A program made the position numbers and the translations under genes. Positions 37,981 through 47,625 of a stretch of DNA of 64,000 bases are shown here, piece after piece. The notes below the pieces were generated by a model, which ran no database searches, was not told the DNA's origin, and saw nothing but the letters and a program-made list of their open reading frames with translations. Source of the stretch: an uncultured Chloroflexia bacterium (GTDB taxonomy: Bacteria > Chloroflexota > Dehalococcoidia > UBA2979); NCBI GenBank assembly GCA_963728205.1, contig CAVSIV010000006.1:1440001-1504000 (forward strand). Direction: 5' to 3'. Position 1 is the first letter of the stretch, and each line of letters opens with the position of its first letter.

Positions 37981-39360
37981 GTGAGCCTCTCCGTCGGGCT
38001 GAACACGATGATGCGCGCGCTGATCGCGCAGCAGACGGCGCTCGACACGACGTCGCAGAACATCGCGAACGTCAACACGCCCGGCTACTCGCGCCAGCGC
38101 GTCAAGCTCGTCGCGGTCCCGCCGGCGAACCCGCTCGTGCCCGGCACGCCCGGCGGCGGCGTGGACGTGAGGGGCATCCAGCGCATCCACGACATGTTCA
38201 TCGACTTCCAGCGCCGCGGCGAGCAGAGCTCGTCGACGTTCTACTCCACGAAGTCCGACTCGCTGCAGCTGGTGCAGGCCGCGTACAACGAGCCCGGCGA
38301 CGGCGGGCTCGCCCACGCGCTCACGAGCTTCTTCAACGCCTGGCGCGACGTCTCGAACGACCCGGGTCAGTCGGCCATGCGGTCCGCCGTCGTGCAGGCC
38401 GGCTCCACGCTCGCCTTCGCGGCGAAGAACCTCCACACCTCGCTCACCCAGCTCCGCGACGACGCGAACAAGCGCGTGGTCTCCGACGTCTCCGAGATCA
38501 ACACGCTCAGCACGCAGATCGCCGACCTCAACCAGAAGATCGTCGCGCTGCGCGCCGTCGGCGACCCCGGCAGCGACCTCAGCGACCAGCGCGACCAGGC
38601 GCTCGACCGCCTCGCGCAGCTGGGGAACATCTCGTACACCGAGGACGACAGCGGCTCCGTCAGCATCTCGATCGGCGGGCGCACGCTCGTCGCCGGCGCG
38701 ACGGTCGCGAAGCTGCAGACGACGCCGAACGTGCTGAACAACAATTACGTCGACGTGCAGTGGGCGTCCGACGGCACCGCCGCGACCATCAGCAGCGGCG
38801 AGATCGGCGGCCTGCTCGACCAGCGCGACAACGACCTCCCCCAGCGCCTGACCGACCTCAACTCGCTGATGAGCCAGGTGATCACCGACGTCAACGCCGC
38901 GCACGCCGCCGGCTATGCGCTCGACGGCGTGACGACGGGGACGAACTTCTTCTCGGGCACCGACGCCACCAACATGGCGGTCGACCCGGCGGTGCAGGGC
39001 AACCTCGACCTCGTCGCCGCCGCCACGGCCACCGCGTCGCCCGGCGACGGCAGCAACGCACTCACGATCGCCGACCTGCAGTCGTCGCTGAGCATGGGCG
39101 GCGGCACGCAGACCTTCGGCGATTTCTACAACTCGATGGTCACGGGGCTCGGCGTCGACGCGAAGAACGCGCAGACGCTCGCCGACTCGCAGCAGTCGAC
39201 GCTGCAGCACCTCGACCAGCTCCAGCAGGGCGTGTCGGGCGTGAACCTCGACGAGGAGATGGTGAACCTCACGCAGTACCAGCGAGGCTACGAGGCCTCG
39301 GCGCGCGTGGTGAGCGTCATCAACGAGATGCTCGACACGCTGATCAACAAGATGGTGTAG
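37981..39360 (+). CDS. flgK: Hook-associated protein FlgK
   Basis: SQNIANVNTPGYSRQR, SGVNLDEEMVNL. Confidence 0.96.
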   Translation: MSLSVGLNTMMRALIAQQTALDTTSQNIANVNTPGYSRQRVKLVAVPPANPLVPGTPGGGVDVRGIQRIHDMFIDFQRRGEQSSSTFYSTKSDSLQLVQAAYNEPGDGGLAHALTSFFNAWRDVSNDPGQSAMRSAVVQAGSTLAFAAKNLHTSLTQLRDDANKRVVSDVSEINTLSTQIADLNQKIVALRAVGDPGSDLSDQRDQALDRLAQLGNISYTEDDSGSVSISIGGRTLVAGATVAKLQTTPNVLNNNYVDVQWASDGTAATISSGEIGGLLDQRDNDLPQRLTDLNSLMSQVITDVNAAHAAGYALDGVTTGTNFFSGTDATNMAVDPAVQGNLDLVAAATATASPGDGSNALTIADLQSSLSMGGGTQTFGDFYNSMVTGLGVDAKNAQTLADSQQSTLQHLDQLQQGVSGVNLDEEMVNLTQYQRGYEASARVVSVINEMLDTLINKMV

Positions 39361-39364
39361 CCCG

Positions 39365-40249
39365 ATGCGCATCAGCAACGCCGGCCAGACCGCTCGCATC
39401 ACGAACCAGCTCGCGCAGGCGCAGCAGAAGCTGGCCGCCGCGCAGAACCTGATGACGAGCGGCAAGCGGATCATGCAGCCGTCGGACGACCCGTTTGGCA
39501 CCAGCCAGGTGCTGACGATGCAGTCGCAGCTCGACAACTCCGGGCAGTACCAGCGGAGCATCCAGCTGGCGAACGACGACCTCAGCGCGAGCGAGTCGGC
39601 GCTCGGCAACCTGGACTCGCTGCTGCAGCGCGCGAACGAGCTGGCGGTGCAGGCGGGCAACGCGTCGCTCGACTCGAGCGCGCGCGACCAGATCGCGTTC
39701 GAGGTCGACCGCCTGATCGACGAGGCGGTCTCGATCGGCAACACGAAGCAGGGCGGACGCTACATGTTCGCCGGCTTCCAGACCGGGACGAAGCCGTTCA
39801 CGCCGAACGCCGCCACGCCGACGGCGATCCCGTACGCGGGCGACAGCGGTCAGATCAACCGCGAGATCGGCGACGGCGAGACCGTCTCCGTGAACATCCC
39901 GGGCGACCAGGTGTTCAACGGTGTTTTCAACTCGCTGATGACGTTTCGCGACAACCTGCGCAGCAACAACGTCGCCGGCCTGCAGACGGACCCCTCGGCG
40001 TTCAACACGCAGCTGGAGAACGTGCTGCAGTTCCGCAGCACGATCGGTGCGACGACGCAGCGGCTCGACATGGCGCAGAACCGGCTCCAGGAGGGCGACC
40101 TCAGCCTGAAGTCGGAGATCAGCAAGCTGCAGGACGCGGACATGGTCGACGCGGTCACCCAGCTCCAGACGCGAAGCACCGCCTACCAGGCGGCGATGGC
40201 GGCGGCGGGCAAGGTGATGAGCTTCAGCCTGCTCGACTTCCTGCGGTAG
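39365..40249 (+). CDS. flgL: Hook-associated protein FlgL
   Basis: SGKRIMQPSDDP, GRYMFAG, SLLDFLR. Confidence 0.95.
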   Translation: MRISNAGQTARITNQLAQAQQKLAAAQNLMTSGKRIMQPSDDPFGTSQVLTMQSQLDNSGQYQRSIQLANDDLSASESALGNLDSLLQRANELAVQAGNASLDSSARDQIAFEVDRLIDEAVSIGNTKQGGRYMFAGFQTGTKPFTPNAATPTAIPYAGDSGQINREIGDGETVSVNIPGDQVFNGVFNSLMTFRDNLRSNNVAGLQTDPSAFNTQLENVLQFRSTIGATTQRLDMAQNRLQEGDLSLKSEISKLQDADMVDAVTQLQTRSTAYQAAMAAAGKVMSFSLLDFLR

Positions 40250-40277
40250 AACCACGGCCCGGTCCAAGGAGGACCCC

Positions 40278-40763
40278 ATGCAAGTGCGAACCACCCTGAC
40301 CGGCGTCGAGTCGACGATCGACGTCCCTGCGGAGCAGGTCTACGCGTTCGAGCCGGCGCTCGGGGGCTTCCCGGAGTACCGGCGCTACGTGCTGATCCCG
40401 GAGGCGGACTCGCCCGTCGAGTGGCTGCAGTCGGTGGACGATCCGGCGGTCGCCTTCGCGCTCGTGGAGCCGTTCCTGTTCGTCCCGGAGTACGCCTTCG
40501 AGATCCCGGAGCAGGACGTCCAGGCGCTCGGGTTGCGGTCGACCGACGACGCGGTCGTGCGCTGCATCGTGACGCTGCGGGAGGACCCCGCGGACATCAC
40601 GGCGAACCTGCTGGCGCCGCTGGTCTTCTGCCGCCGGACGCACCTGGCCCGGCAGATCATCCTGCAGGACGCGGACATGCCCATGCGCCATCCGCTCTTC
40701 GCGGAGGCCGTCGACGCCGTCGCCGACGTTGCCGACGAGCCCCGCATCGCGCGGAGCGCCTAG
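40278..40763 (+). CDS. fliW: Flagellar assembly factor FliW
   Basis: GGFPEY, WLQSVDDP..F, TANLLAP, QIIL. Confidence 0.93.
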   Translation: MQVRTTLTGVESTIDVPAEQVYAFEPALGGFPEYRRYVLIPEADSPVEWLQSVDDPAVAFALVEPFLFVPEYAFEIPEQDVQALGLRSTDDAVVRCIVTLREDPADITANLLAPLVFCRRTHLARQIILQDADMPMRHPLFAEAVDAVADVADEPRIARSA

Positions 40764-40889
40764 GTCTATCCGACCCGGCGGATTGGTCGATGGTCTAACT
40801 AGCGTCGTCTCGGGGCAGGTTCCCCGGAGGCGCGAGGCGGCTGTCGACCGGGGCGGACACCCGACGACACGCAGGGCAGGAGGCCGGCC

Positions 40890-41135
40890 GTGCTCATCCT
40901 CACGCGCAAGACCGAACAGGGCATCGTGATCGCCGGCGACATCGTCGTGCGCGTCCTCAGCATCGAGGGTGAGCGGGTCAAGATCGGGATCGACGCGCCG
41001 CGCGCCATCTCCGTGCTCCGCGAGGAGCTCGTCGAGGAGGTCTCGGGCGAGAACCGCGAGGCCGTGCGGCACCTCGGCAGCCGCGCGATCGCCGCCCAGC
41101 TGCGCCAGGTGAAGCGCGACCGCAAGGTCAGCTGA
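40890..41135 (+). CDS. csrA: Carbon storage regulator CsrA
   Basis: LILTRK..VKIGIDAPR..VLREEL. Confidence 0.95.
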   Translation: MLILTRKTEQGIVIAGDIVVRVLSIEGERVKIGIDAPRAISVLREELVEEVSGENREAVRHLGSRAIAAQLRQVKRDRKVS

Positions 41136-41326
41136 TCCCGACGGCGCGCGCGGGGCATACGCCCCGTGCTCGGCCACGCAACCCGCGTCCTGCCGCGCCG
41201 CCTCCGCCACGCCATCTCTTTCCGCGCCCGCGTTCGTGTTTCCCGAGCACGAAGCGTACGGCGCCGCGCTCGCCGCCTTCTCGAACCTGAGAACTCGCTG
41301 AGATCACAATCTGTTTACACTTGGAT

Positions 41327-41460
41327 CGTTGGGCGCCAATGCCTTCCGCGCATCCTGTGTTCATGGAAGGGGCCGCGCCCAACCGACGTGGTTCGTAAAG
41401 AAACAAACAGTGGTGGGAGCGGTTGCGAACGACGGTGGAGTTCCTTCTTCGGAAGGAACT
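41327..41460 (+). ncRNA. Candidate structured RNA / leader of unknown class
   Basis: Three predicted stems incl. AGTTCCTTC-TTCG-GAAGGAACT; TACACT box at 41316; strand inferred. Confidence 0.4.
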
Positions 41461-41503
41461 GGGCCGGCCCCGACCATATCTCCGTAGACCCCCGGCATGA
41501 CCC

Positions 41504-42205
41504 ATGGCCGCCAAGATCCTCGTAGCCGACGACGAGCAGAACATCATCAAGCTGCTGCGTCTCTACCTGCGCGAGGAGGGCTACGAGATCGTCGCCGCCC
41601 GCGATGGGCGTGAGGCCCTCGAGCGCTTCCATGCCGACGACCCCGACCTGATCCTGCTCGACCTGATGATGCCCGAGCTCGGCGGCTTCGACGTCTGCGC
41701 CGAGATCCGCCGCGAGTCCGACGTCCCGGTGATCATGCTCACCGCGCGCTCCGATGACGTCGACAAGATCGTCGGCCTCGAGATGGGCGCCGACGACTAC
41801 ATCACCAAGCCCTTCAACCCGCGCGAGGTCGTGGCCCGCATTAAGGCCGCCCTGCGCCGCCGCGACTGGGATCGCACGCCCGCCCGCGACGAGACGCACA
41901 GCGCTGTCAGCGTCGACGACGTCTCGCTCGATCCCGCCAGCCGCGACGTCGTCGTCGCCGGCGAGCGCGTGAAGCTGCGCCAGCGCGAGTTCGACCTGCT
42001 CGAGGCGTTCATGCGCCACCCCAACGTCGCCCTCGACCGCGAGCGGCTGCTCGCCATGGTCTGGGGCGCCGACTTCTATGGCGACGCGCGCACCATCGAC
42101 GTCCACGTCGCCTGGCTGCGCGACAAGCTCAAGGCCGGGCGACCCAAGATCGAGACGGTGTGGGGCGTCGGCTACAAGCTGGTCCCGGCAGGCGATGCTG
42201 CGTAG
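41504..42205 (+). CDS. OmpR/PhoB-family response regulator
   Basis: ADDE, LDLMMP, GADDYITKPF, RTIDVHV, TVWGVGY. Confidence 0.95.
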   Translation: MAAKILVADDEQNIIKLLRLYLREEGYEIVAARDGREALERFHADDPDLILLDLMMPELGGFDVCAEIRRESDVPVIMLTARSDDVDKIVGLEMGADDYITKPFNPREVVARIKAALRRRDWDRTPARDETHSAVSVDDVSLDPASRDVVVAGERVKLRQREFDLLEAFMRHPNVALDRERLLAMVWGADFYGDARTIDVHVAWLRDKLKAGRPKIETVWGVGYKLVPAGDAA

Positions 42206-43679
42206 CTTCCGCGTTCGGCTCTTTCTCGGCTTCGCTATCGTCATCGCGCTGAGCCTGTTCCTCTCGGCGTCGACGTCGATCTGGCTCCTGCGTGAGCAGC
42301 AGGTCGAAGCCGCCCAGCAGCGCATCGGCCTGCTCGTCGAGCCGATCGCCGGCCGCGTCGCCGCGCTCGAAGCCGGCGGCTTCCCCACCTCGCTGATCCG
42401 GCAGGATCTCGCCGGCGTCGCGCGCACCTACGACATCCGCATCCTGCTCGTCGACCCGAACGACCGTGTCGTGCTCGACACGGATCCCGACGCGCGCATG
42501 GTTGGGGAGCAGCTCGCCGTGCCGGCGGAGGCGACGCCGACCGGCACGCCGGAACGCATGAGCTCGTTCCAGGCCGTGCGCATGACGACCGCCGGCGAGG
42601 ACCTCTACCTCTTCACGCCGCGCATCCGGAGCGACGCCGGCACCTCCACGCGGCTCGTGATCGCGGTGCCGGCGCAGAACGTGACCGCCGCCTGGGCCGC
42701 GCTGCTGCCGCGCCTCTCCCTCGCCGGGGGCGTCGCCGCGCTGGTCGCGGTGATCGTCGCGAGCCTGCTCGCCTCGCGCATCACGAACCCGATCGCGCAG
42801 ATGACCCGCGCCTCGGAAGCGATGGCGCAGGGCGACCTCCAGCAGCGCGTCGAGGGCGAGGGCGACGACGAGATTGGCACGCTCGCCCGCGCCTTCAACC
42901 AGATGTCCGCGCAGGTCAGCCGCAGCAACCGCGCGATGCGCGACCTCCTCGCCAACGTCTCGCACGAGCTGAAGACGCCGCTCACGTCGATCCGCGGCTT
43001 CGCGCAGGCGATGGTCGACGGCATGGCGACGAAGCCCGAGGACTACGCGGACATGGCCGGCTCGATCTACGACGAGGCCGAGCGCATCCGCGTCCTCGTC
43101 GACGACCTGCTCTACCTCTCCGAGATCGAGTCGGGGACGCTGCAGCTCACGCTCGACCAGGTCGACGTCGACGCCGTGGTCGCCGACACCGCCCGCCGCT
43201 TCCGCTACCAGGCAGAGGAGGCGGGCGTCGAGGTGCGGCTCGCGCTCGACGGCGGGTCGATCACCGCCGACGCACGCCGCATCGAGCAGGTCCTCGCGAA
43301 CCTCACCGAGAACGCGATCCGCTTCGCGCCGCGCGGCAGCGAGGTGCTGCTGCGCACGTACCGGCTCGACCGCTTCGACGGCGGCCGCCCCGGCGGCGAG
43401 GTGGCGGTGGAGGTGCACAACGGCGGCCGGCCGATCCCGCCCGAGCACCTGCCGTACCTCTTCGAGCGCTTCTACCAGGCCGACCAGTCGCGCAGCGACG
43501 AGCGCCACAAGGGCCTCGGCCTGTCGATCGTCCGCGAGCTGGTGCAGGCGCACGAGGGGCGCGTGGACGTCGAGTCGTCCGCCGACGCCGGCACGGTCTT
43601 CACCGTGCGGCTCCCGGTGGCCGGCCCGACCGGCACCGGGCACGCCGTGGCGCCGAGCCCGACAGGGGGTACGCGATGA
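42195..43679 (+). CDS. HAMP-domain sensor histidine kinase
   Basis: Two TMs, HAMP, SHELKTPL H-box, N/F/G boxes. Confidence 0.94.
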   Translation: MLRSFRVRLFLGFAIVIALSLFLSASTSIWLLREQQVEAAQQRIGLLVEPIAGRVAALEAGGFPTSLIRQDLAGVARTYDIRILLVDPNDRVVLDTDPDARMVGEQLAVPAEATPTGTPERMSSFQAVRMTTAGEDLYLFTPRIRSDAGTSTRLVIAVPAQNVTAAWAALLPRLSLAGGVAALVAVIVASLLASRITNPIAQMTRASEAMAQGDLQQRVEGEGDDEIGTLARAFNQMSAQVSRSNRAMRDLLANVSHELKTPLTSIRGFAQAMVDGMATKPEDYADMAGSIYDEAERIRVLVDDLLYLSEIESGTLQLTLDQVDVDAVVADTARRFRYQAEEAGVEVRLALDGGSITADARRIEQVLANLTENAIRFAPRGSEVLLRTYRLDRFDGGRPGGEVAVEVHNGGRPIPPEHLPYLFERFYQADQSRSDERHKGLGLSIVRELVQAHEGRVDVESSADAGTVFTVRLPVAGPTGTGHAVAPSPTGGTR

Positions 43680-44245
43680 GTCGCTACACGCACACGGTCC
43701 TGCCGGTCCTGATGGGGGTCGCGGCGGTGCTGCTGTCGATCGCCGCCGTCGGGGTGATCGTGGGGCAGCTGCGCGGCGGCGGCAGCGGCGAGCCGGACAC
43801 GGCCGCGACGTTCTCGCAGGAGATCGGTCCGACAATGCGCGCCCCCGGCCCGCAGCTCGGCGCGCGGCTCGACCAGACCTACCTCGGCGTGCGGGTGGAG
43901 GTGCAGCCGTCCGGCCTGCTCGTGCAGAGCGTGGTCGCGAACAGCCCCGCCGCCGACGCCGGCGTGCAGGTCGGCGACGTGATCACCGCCGTCAACGGCG
44001 CGAAGGTCGACTCCGCGGACGCGCTGCGCCAGGAGCTCGACACGATCGGCGCCGGGGCGCAGTACACGCTCACCGTCACGCGTGACGGCAAGTCGCAGGA
44101 TCTGAAGGTGAAGCAGGCAACCTACGCGGGCGCCGCGCGCGACTGGTTCGAGGGTGCGCTGAACGGCGAGGGCGGTGGGTGGTCGCCGTACCCGGGAGTT
44201 CCGTCCCCCCGGCCGAGCGCGACACCCTCCGGCCCGCAGACGTAA
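43676..44245 (+). CDS. Membrane-anchored PDZ-domain protein
   Basis: TM then YLGV..SPAADAGVQVGDVITAVNG. Confidence 0.88.
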   Translation: MSRYTHTVLPVLMGVAAVLLSIAAVGVIVGQLRGGGSGEPDTAATFSQEIGPTMRAPGPQLGARLDQTYLGVRVEVQPSGLLVQSVVANSPAADAGVQVGDVITAVNGAKVDSADALRQELDTIGAGAQYTLTVTRDGKSQDLKVKQATYAGAARDWFEGALNGEGGGWSPYPGVPSPRPSATPSGPQT

Positions 44246-44265
44246 CCGCGACTCGCCCGGAAGCC

Positions 44266-44298
44266 CGCTTCGAGCGGCGCCTGGTCAAGGCGCTGAGC
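44266..44298. repeat. REP-like family C copy (GCTTCGAGCGGCGCCTGGTGAAGGCGCTGAG)
   Basis: Also at 50246-50271 and 62207-62450. Confidence 0.75.
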
Positions 44299-44380
44299 GG
44301 CCCGGGGCACCTGTCTCGCCGCGACGCTCAGCATCCTCACCGGATGCCGCTCGAAGCACGCTCCCCGCTCGAAGCACGCT

Positions 44381-46067
44381 CTACGACGTCCCCCAGCGGG
44401 TGATCCAGTAGTCGTACGCGTCCTGCAGCGCGATCCACGACGCCTCGACGATGTCCGTCGACGCCCCGACCGTTCGCCACAGGTGCAGCCCGTCGGACGA
44501 CTCGATCAGCACGCGTACCGCCGCGTCCGCGCCGGCGGCGGTGTTGATGATGCGCACCTTGTAGTCGATGAGGTGCACCCGGTCGATCCCCGGGTATGCG
44601 GGCCGCAGCGCGTTGTGCACCGCCGTGTTCAGCGCCGACACCGGGCCGTTGCCGTCGGCCGCGACCTGGTTCACCTGGTCGCCGACGCGCACCTTCACCA
44701 TCGCCTGCGACATCAGCTCGTTCTCGGCGTCCCCGATCGCGCGCCGCCGCGTGTGCCGCCGCCGCTGCACGATCAGGAAGTCCTCCACGTCGAACGGCGC
44801 GCGGTACTCCGGCAGCTGCCGCCGCACGAGCATCTCGAACGACGCCTCCGCCGACTCGAACTGGAACCCAGCCGCCTCGTGCTCCTTCACCTGCTGCAGC
44901 ACGCGGCGCGCCTCGTCGTCGCTCAGCTCGATCTCGACGCCCTGCTCGCGCAGCTTCTGGATCACGCTGCGCCGCCCGGCCAGCTCCGAGACCAGCACGC
45001 GCTCCGTGTTGCCCACGCTCAGCGGGTCGACGTGCGTGTACGACCCCGGCGCGCGGCTGACCGCCGCGGCGTGCAGCCCGGCCTTGTGCGCGAACGCCGC
45101 CGCGCCGACGTACGGCTGCTGCGGGTTCGGGCTCAGGTTCGCCAGCTCCGACGCGAAGTTCGCGGTCTCGGTCAGCCGCCGCAGCTGCTCGTCGCCGATC
45201 ACGTCGAGGCCGAGCTTCAGCTTCAGGTTCGCGATCACCGAGAACATGTTCGCGTTGCCGGTGCGCTCGCCCCAGCCGTTGATGCACGCCTGCACCTGCG
45301 TCGCGCCGGCCTGCACGGCGAGCAGCGTGTTCGCCACCGCGAGGTCGGCGTCGTTGTGCACGTGGATGCCCACGCGGCAGCGGTCGCCGACCGCCGCGCA
45401 CGCCGCCTGCACGCCGGTGATGATGCGGTGCGGCAGGCTGCCGCCGTTCGTGTCGCACAGCGCCACCGTGCTCACGCCGGCGGCGGCCGCGACGCGCAGC
45501 GTTCTCGATCGCGTAGCCCGGGTCCGCGGCGAAGCCGTCAAAGAAGTGCTCGGCGTCGAAGACGACCTCGCGGCCCGCGGCGCGCAGGTGCGCCACCGAG
45601 TCGCGGATCATCGCGAGGTTCTCCTCCTCGGTCGTCTGCAGCACGGTGCGCGCCTGCTCCGCGGACGACTTCCCGACGAGCGTCACGACCGGCGTGTGCG
45701 CGTCGAGCACCGCGCGGATGGCGGGGTCGCTCGCCGCGTCGCCACCGGGGCGGCGGGTGGAGCCGAAGGCGACGAGCCGCGCGTGCTTGAGCTCCAGCGC
45801 CGCCGCGCGCTCGAAGAACTCCGCGTCCTTCGGGTTCGAGCCGGGGTAGCCGCCCTCGACGTAGTCGATGCCCAGGTCGTCCAGCTTCTGCAGGATTTGC
45901 AGCTTGTCCTCGAGTGAGAGGGAGAGGCCCTCCATGCCGAGGCCGTCGCGCAGCGTCGTGTCGTAGAGCTCGATTGGCCGCGACGGCGCCCACCCGGCGT
46001 CGGGCCGGGGCAGGGAGAGCGTGTCGGCGAGCGTCGGCTCGGTATGCGTCTCGAGGGTGTCGGTCAT
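44381..46067 (-). CDS. cimA: Citramalate synthase, frameshifted near 45500
   Basis: YDTTLRDG, EGGYPGSNPKD, FDAEHFFDG, CDTNGG, HNDADL, AFAHKAGLH, DYKVRI. Confidence 0.92.
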
Positions 46068-46193
46068 CGTGGGTGTCCCTGTTGCTGGTCGCCGGGGGCG
46101 CGCGGGTGCGCGAGAGAGGATTGTCCGCTCGAAGCGGCCGGTGGGATCATCAGCGACGGGGGTGGGGCCGTGCGATGGGCGGCGCGCCTCGGG

Positions 46194-46256
46194 CTAGCGG
46201 GGCGCGATGATCGACGCCGCCGGCCGGGACGGCCGGGCAGCGTGCACCACCTTCAC
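46194..46256 (-). CDS. Putative cimA leader peptide (M)KVVHAARPSRPAASIIAPR
   Basis: Short ORF with tandem Ile codons downstream of TTGCCG-16-TACACT (46314-46287). Confidence 0.4.
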   Translation of the reverse strand: MKVVHAARPSRPAASIIAPR

Positions 46257-46379
46257 ATCGACACGCGTTCGCAGCACAGTGGTGCGAGTGTATCGCGAGA
46301 TGGCGTGGCGGCAATCGAGGGATCCCCGCATGCAATCGAAGTCCGCCGGCGACCGCTACGCCTCCGCCGAGCCGACCTC

Positions 46380-46895
46380 GTGACCGGCGACTCCCGCGAC
46401 GACCCGCGCCCGCGCCCCGCCGCGCGGGTCCTCGTCTTCGACGGCGACGGCCGGCTCCTCTTGCTCCGCACCTCGCCCGGCGCCGGCTCGACCGTCTACT
46501 ACTGGATGACCCCGGGCGGCGAGCAGCAGCCGGGCGAGACCCCCGAGCAGACGGCCGCGCGCGAGCTGCTCGAGGAGACGGGCCTCGTCGCAGCGCTGGG
46601 CCCGCGCGTCTGGCGCCGCACCTTCACCTGGCGGTTCCCCGGCAACGACCGCCAGCCCGAGGCGTGGTTCGCCACCGCCGAGTGGTTCTTCGTCGCGCAC
46701 CTCGACGCGCCACAGCCAGACGTGCGGCCGACCGGCGACGGCGACGAGATGGTCGACCTCGGCGAGGCGCGCTGGTGGTCGCTCGACGAGCTGCGCACGA
46801 CCGCGGAGCCGCTCTCACCGACGCGCCTGGTGGAACTGCTCGAGCCGCTCGCGCGCGGCGAGCTGCCGCCGGAGCCGATCGCGATCGGCCGCTAG
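46380..46895 (+). CDS. NUDIX hydrolase
   Basis: RPAARV, TPGG..PGETPEQTAARELLEETG Nudix box. Confidence 0.9.
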   Translation: MTGDSRDDPRPRPAARVLVFDGDGRLLLLRTSPGAGSTVYYWMTPGGEQQPGETPEQTAARELLEETGLVAALGPRVWRRTFTWRFPGNDRQPEAWFATAEWFFVAHLDAPQPDVRPTGDGDEMVDLGEARWWSLDELRTTAEPLSPTRLVELLEPLARGELPPEPIAIGR

Positions 46896-47001
46896 TCGAT
46901 CATTCGATTGATCGTCTTGCACGAGACGTCCCCGGTCCGGATGAGTTCGTCACGAGGGCAGGTGCAGCCGAGCGCTCGCCGCCGAGCGCATCGCCCGCGG
47001 C

Positions 47002-47181
47002 ATGGACGTCGGAGGACACCCACCGGTGATCGAGCGGCGGGTCGTCGAGGTCCGCGATCGCTTCATCTACGTATGCCGCAGCGACGAGTACGAGCGCGCA
47101 GCGGCGGAGGGGCGAGCCCCTCTGGCCGTAGGCTTTCCCGTGGTGGACGTTCTGACGGAGGGCCTTCAGCCCAGCGGTTGA
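47002..47181 (+). CDS. Small hypothetical protein (59 aa; alternative GTG start 47026)
   Basis: MDVGGHPPVIERRVVEVRDRFIYVCRSDEYERAAAEGRAPLAVGFPVVDVLTEGLQPSG; protein-like composition, GGAGG upstream of GTG. Confidence 0.5.
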   Translation: MDVGGHPPVIERRVVEVRDRFIYVCRSDEYERAAAEGRAPLAVGFPVVDVLTEGLQPSG

Positions 47182-47259
47182 TACGTGCCTCGCGTGCCCG
47201 CTCGGACGGACTCCACGCGGTCCGCGGACGGGCCCTCCGAGCGGCTGGAGCCGCGAGGA

Positions 47260-47289
47260 TTGACACGTAAGAAAATCCTTACGCATAAT
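47260..47289 (+). promoter_or_regulatory. Promoter with palindromic operator for the ArsR-SRPBCC pair
   Basis: TTGACA-CGTAAG-AAAATC-CTTACG-CATAAT, 6 nt before ATG. Confidence 0.8.
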
Positions 47290-47295
47290 CGCGCC

Positions 47296-47625
47296 ATGGT
47301 CACCGCCAGCGTCGCGCCCGGCGTCTTCGCCGCAATCAGCCACCCGGCCCGCCGCCGCGTGCTCGACCTGCTCGCCGAGGGCGATCGCCCCGTCAATGCG
47401 CTCGCCCGTGAGTTCGCGATGAGCCGGCCCGCCGTGTCGCAGCACCTGCGCGTGCTGCTCGACGCCGGCCTCGTCACCGAGGAGCGCCACGGGCGCGAGC
47501 GGCGCTACCACTTTGAACCCGCACCACTTGCGGCGGTCCGCGAGTGGATCACGCACTACGAGCGGTTCTGGGACGACCACCTGGACCGCCTCCGCGACCA
47601 CCTGGAGAAAGCGACTCAGCCATGA
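47296..47625 (+). CDS. ArsR/SmtB-family transcriptional regulator
   Basis: FAAISHPARRRVL, SRPAVSQHLRVL, GRERRY. Confidence 0.92.
   Translation: MVTASVAPGVFAAISHPARRRVLDLLAEGDRPVNALAREFAMSRPAVSQHLRVLLDAGLVTEERHGRERRYHFEPAPLAAVREWITHYERFWDDHLDRLRDHLEKATQP

Noticed and set aside
39365-40249. Could be flagellin
   Set aside because: Position after flgK and the GRYMFAG/SLLDFLR motifs identify FlgL
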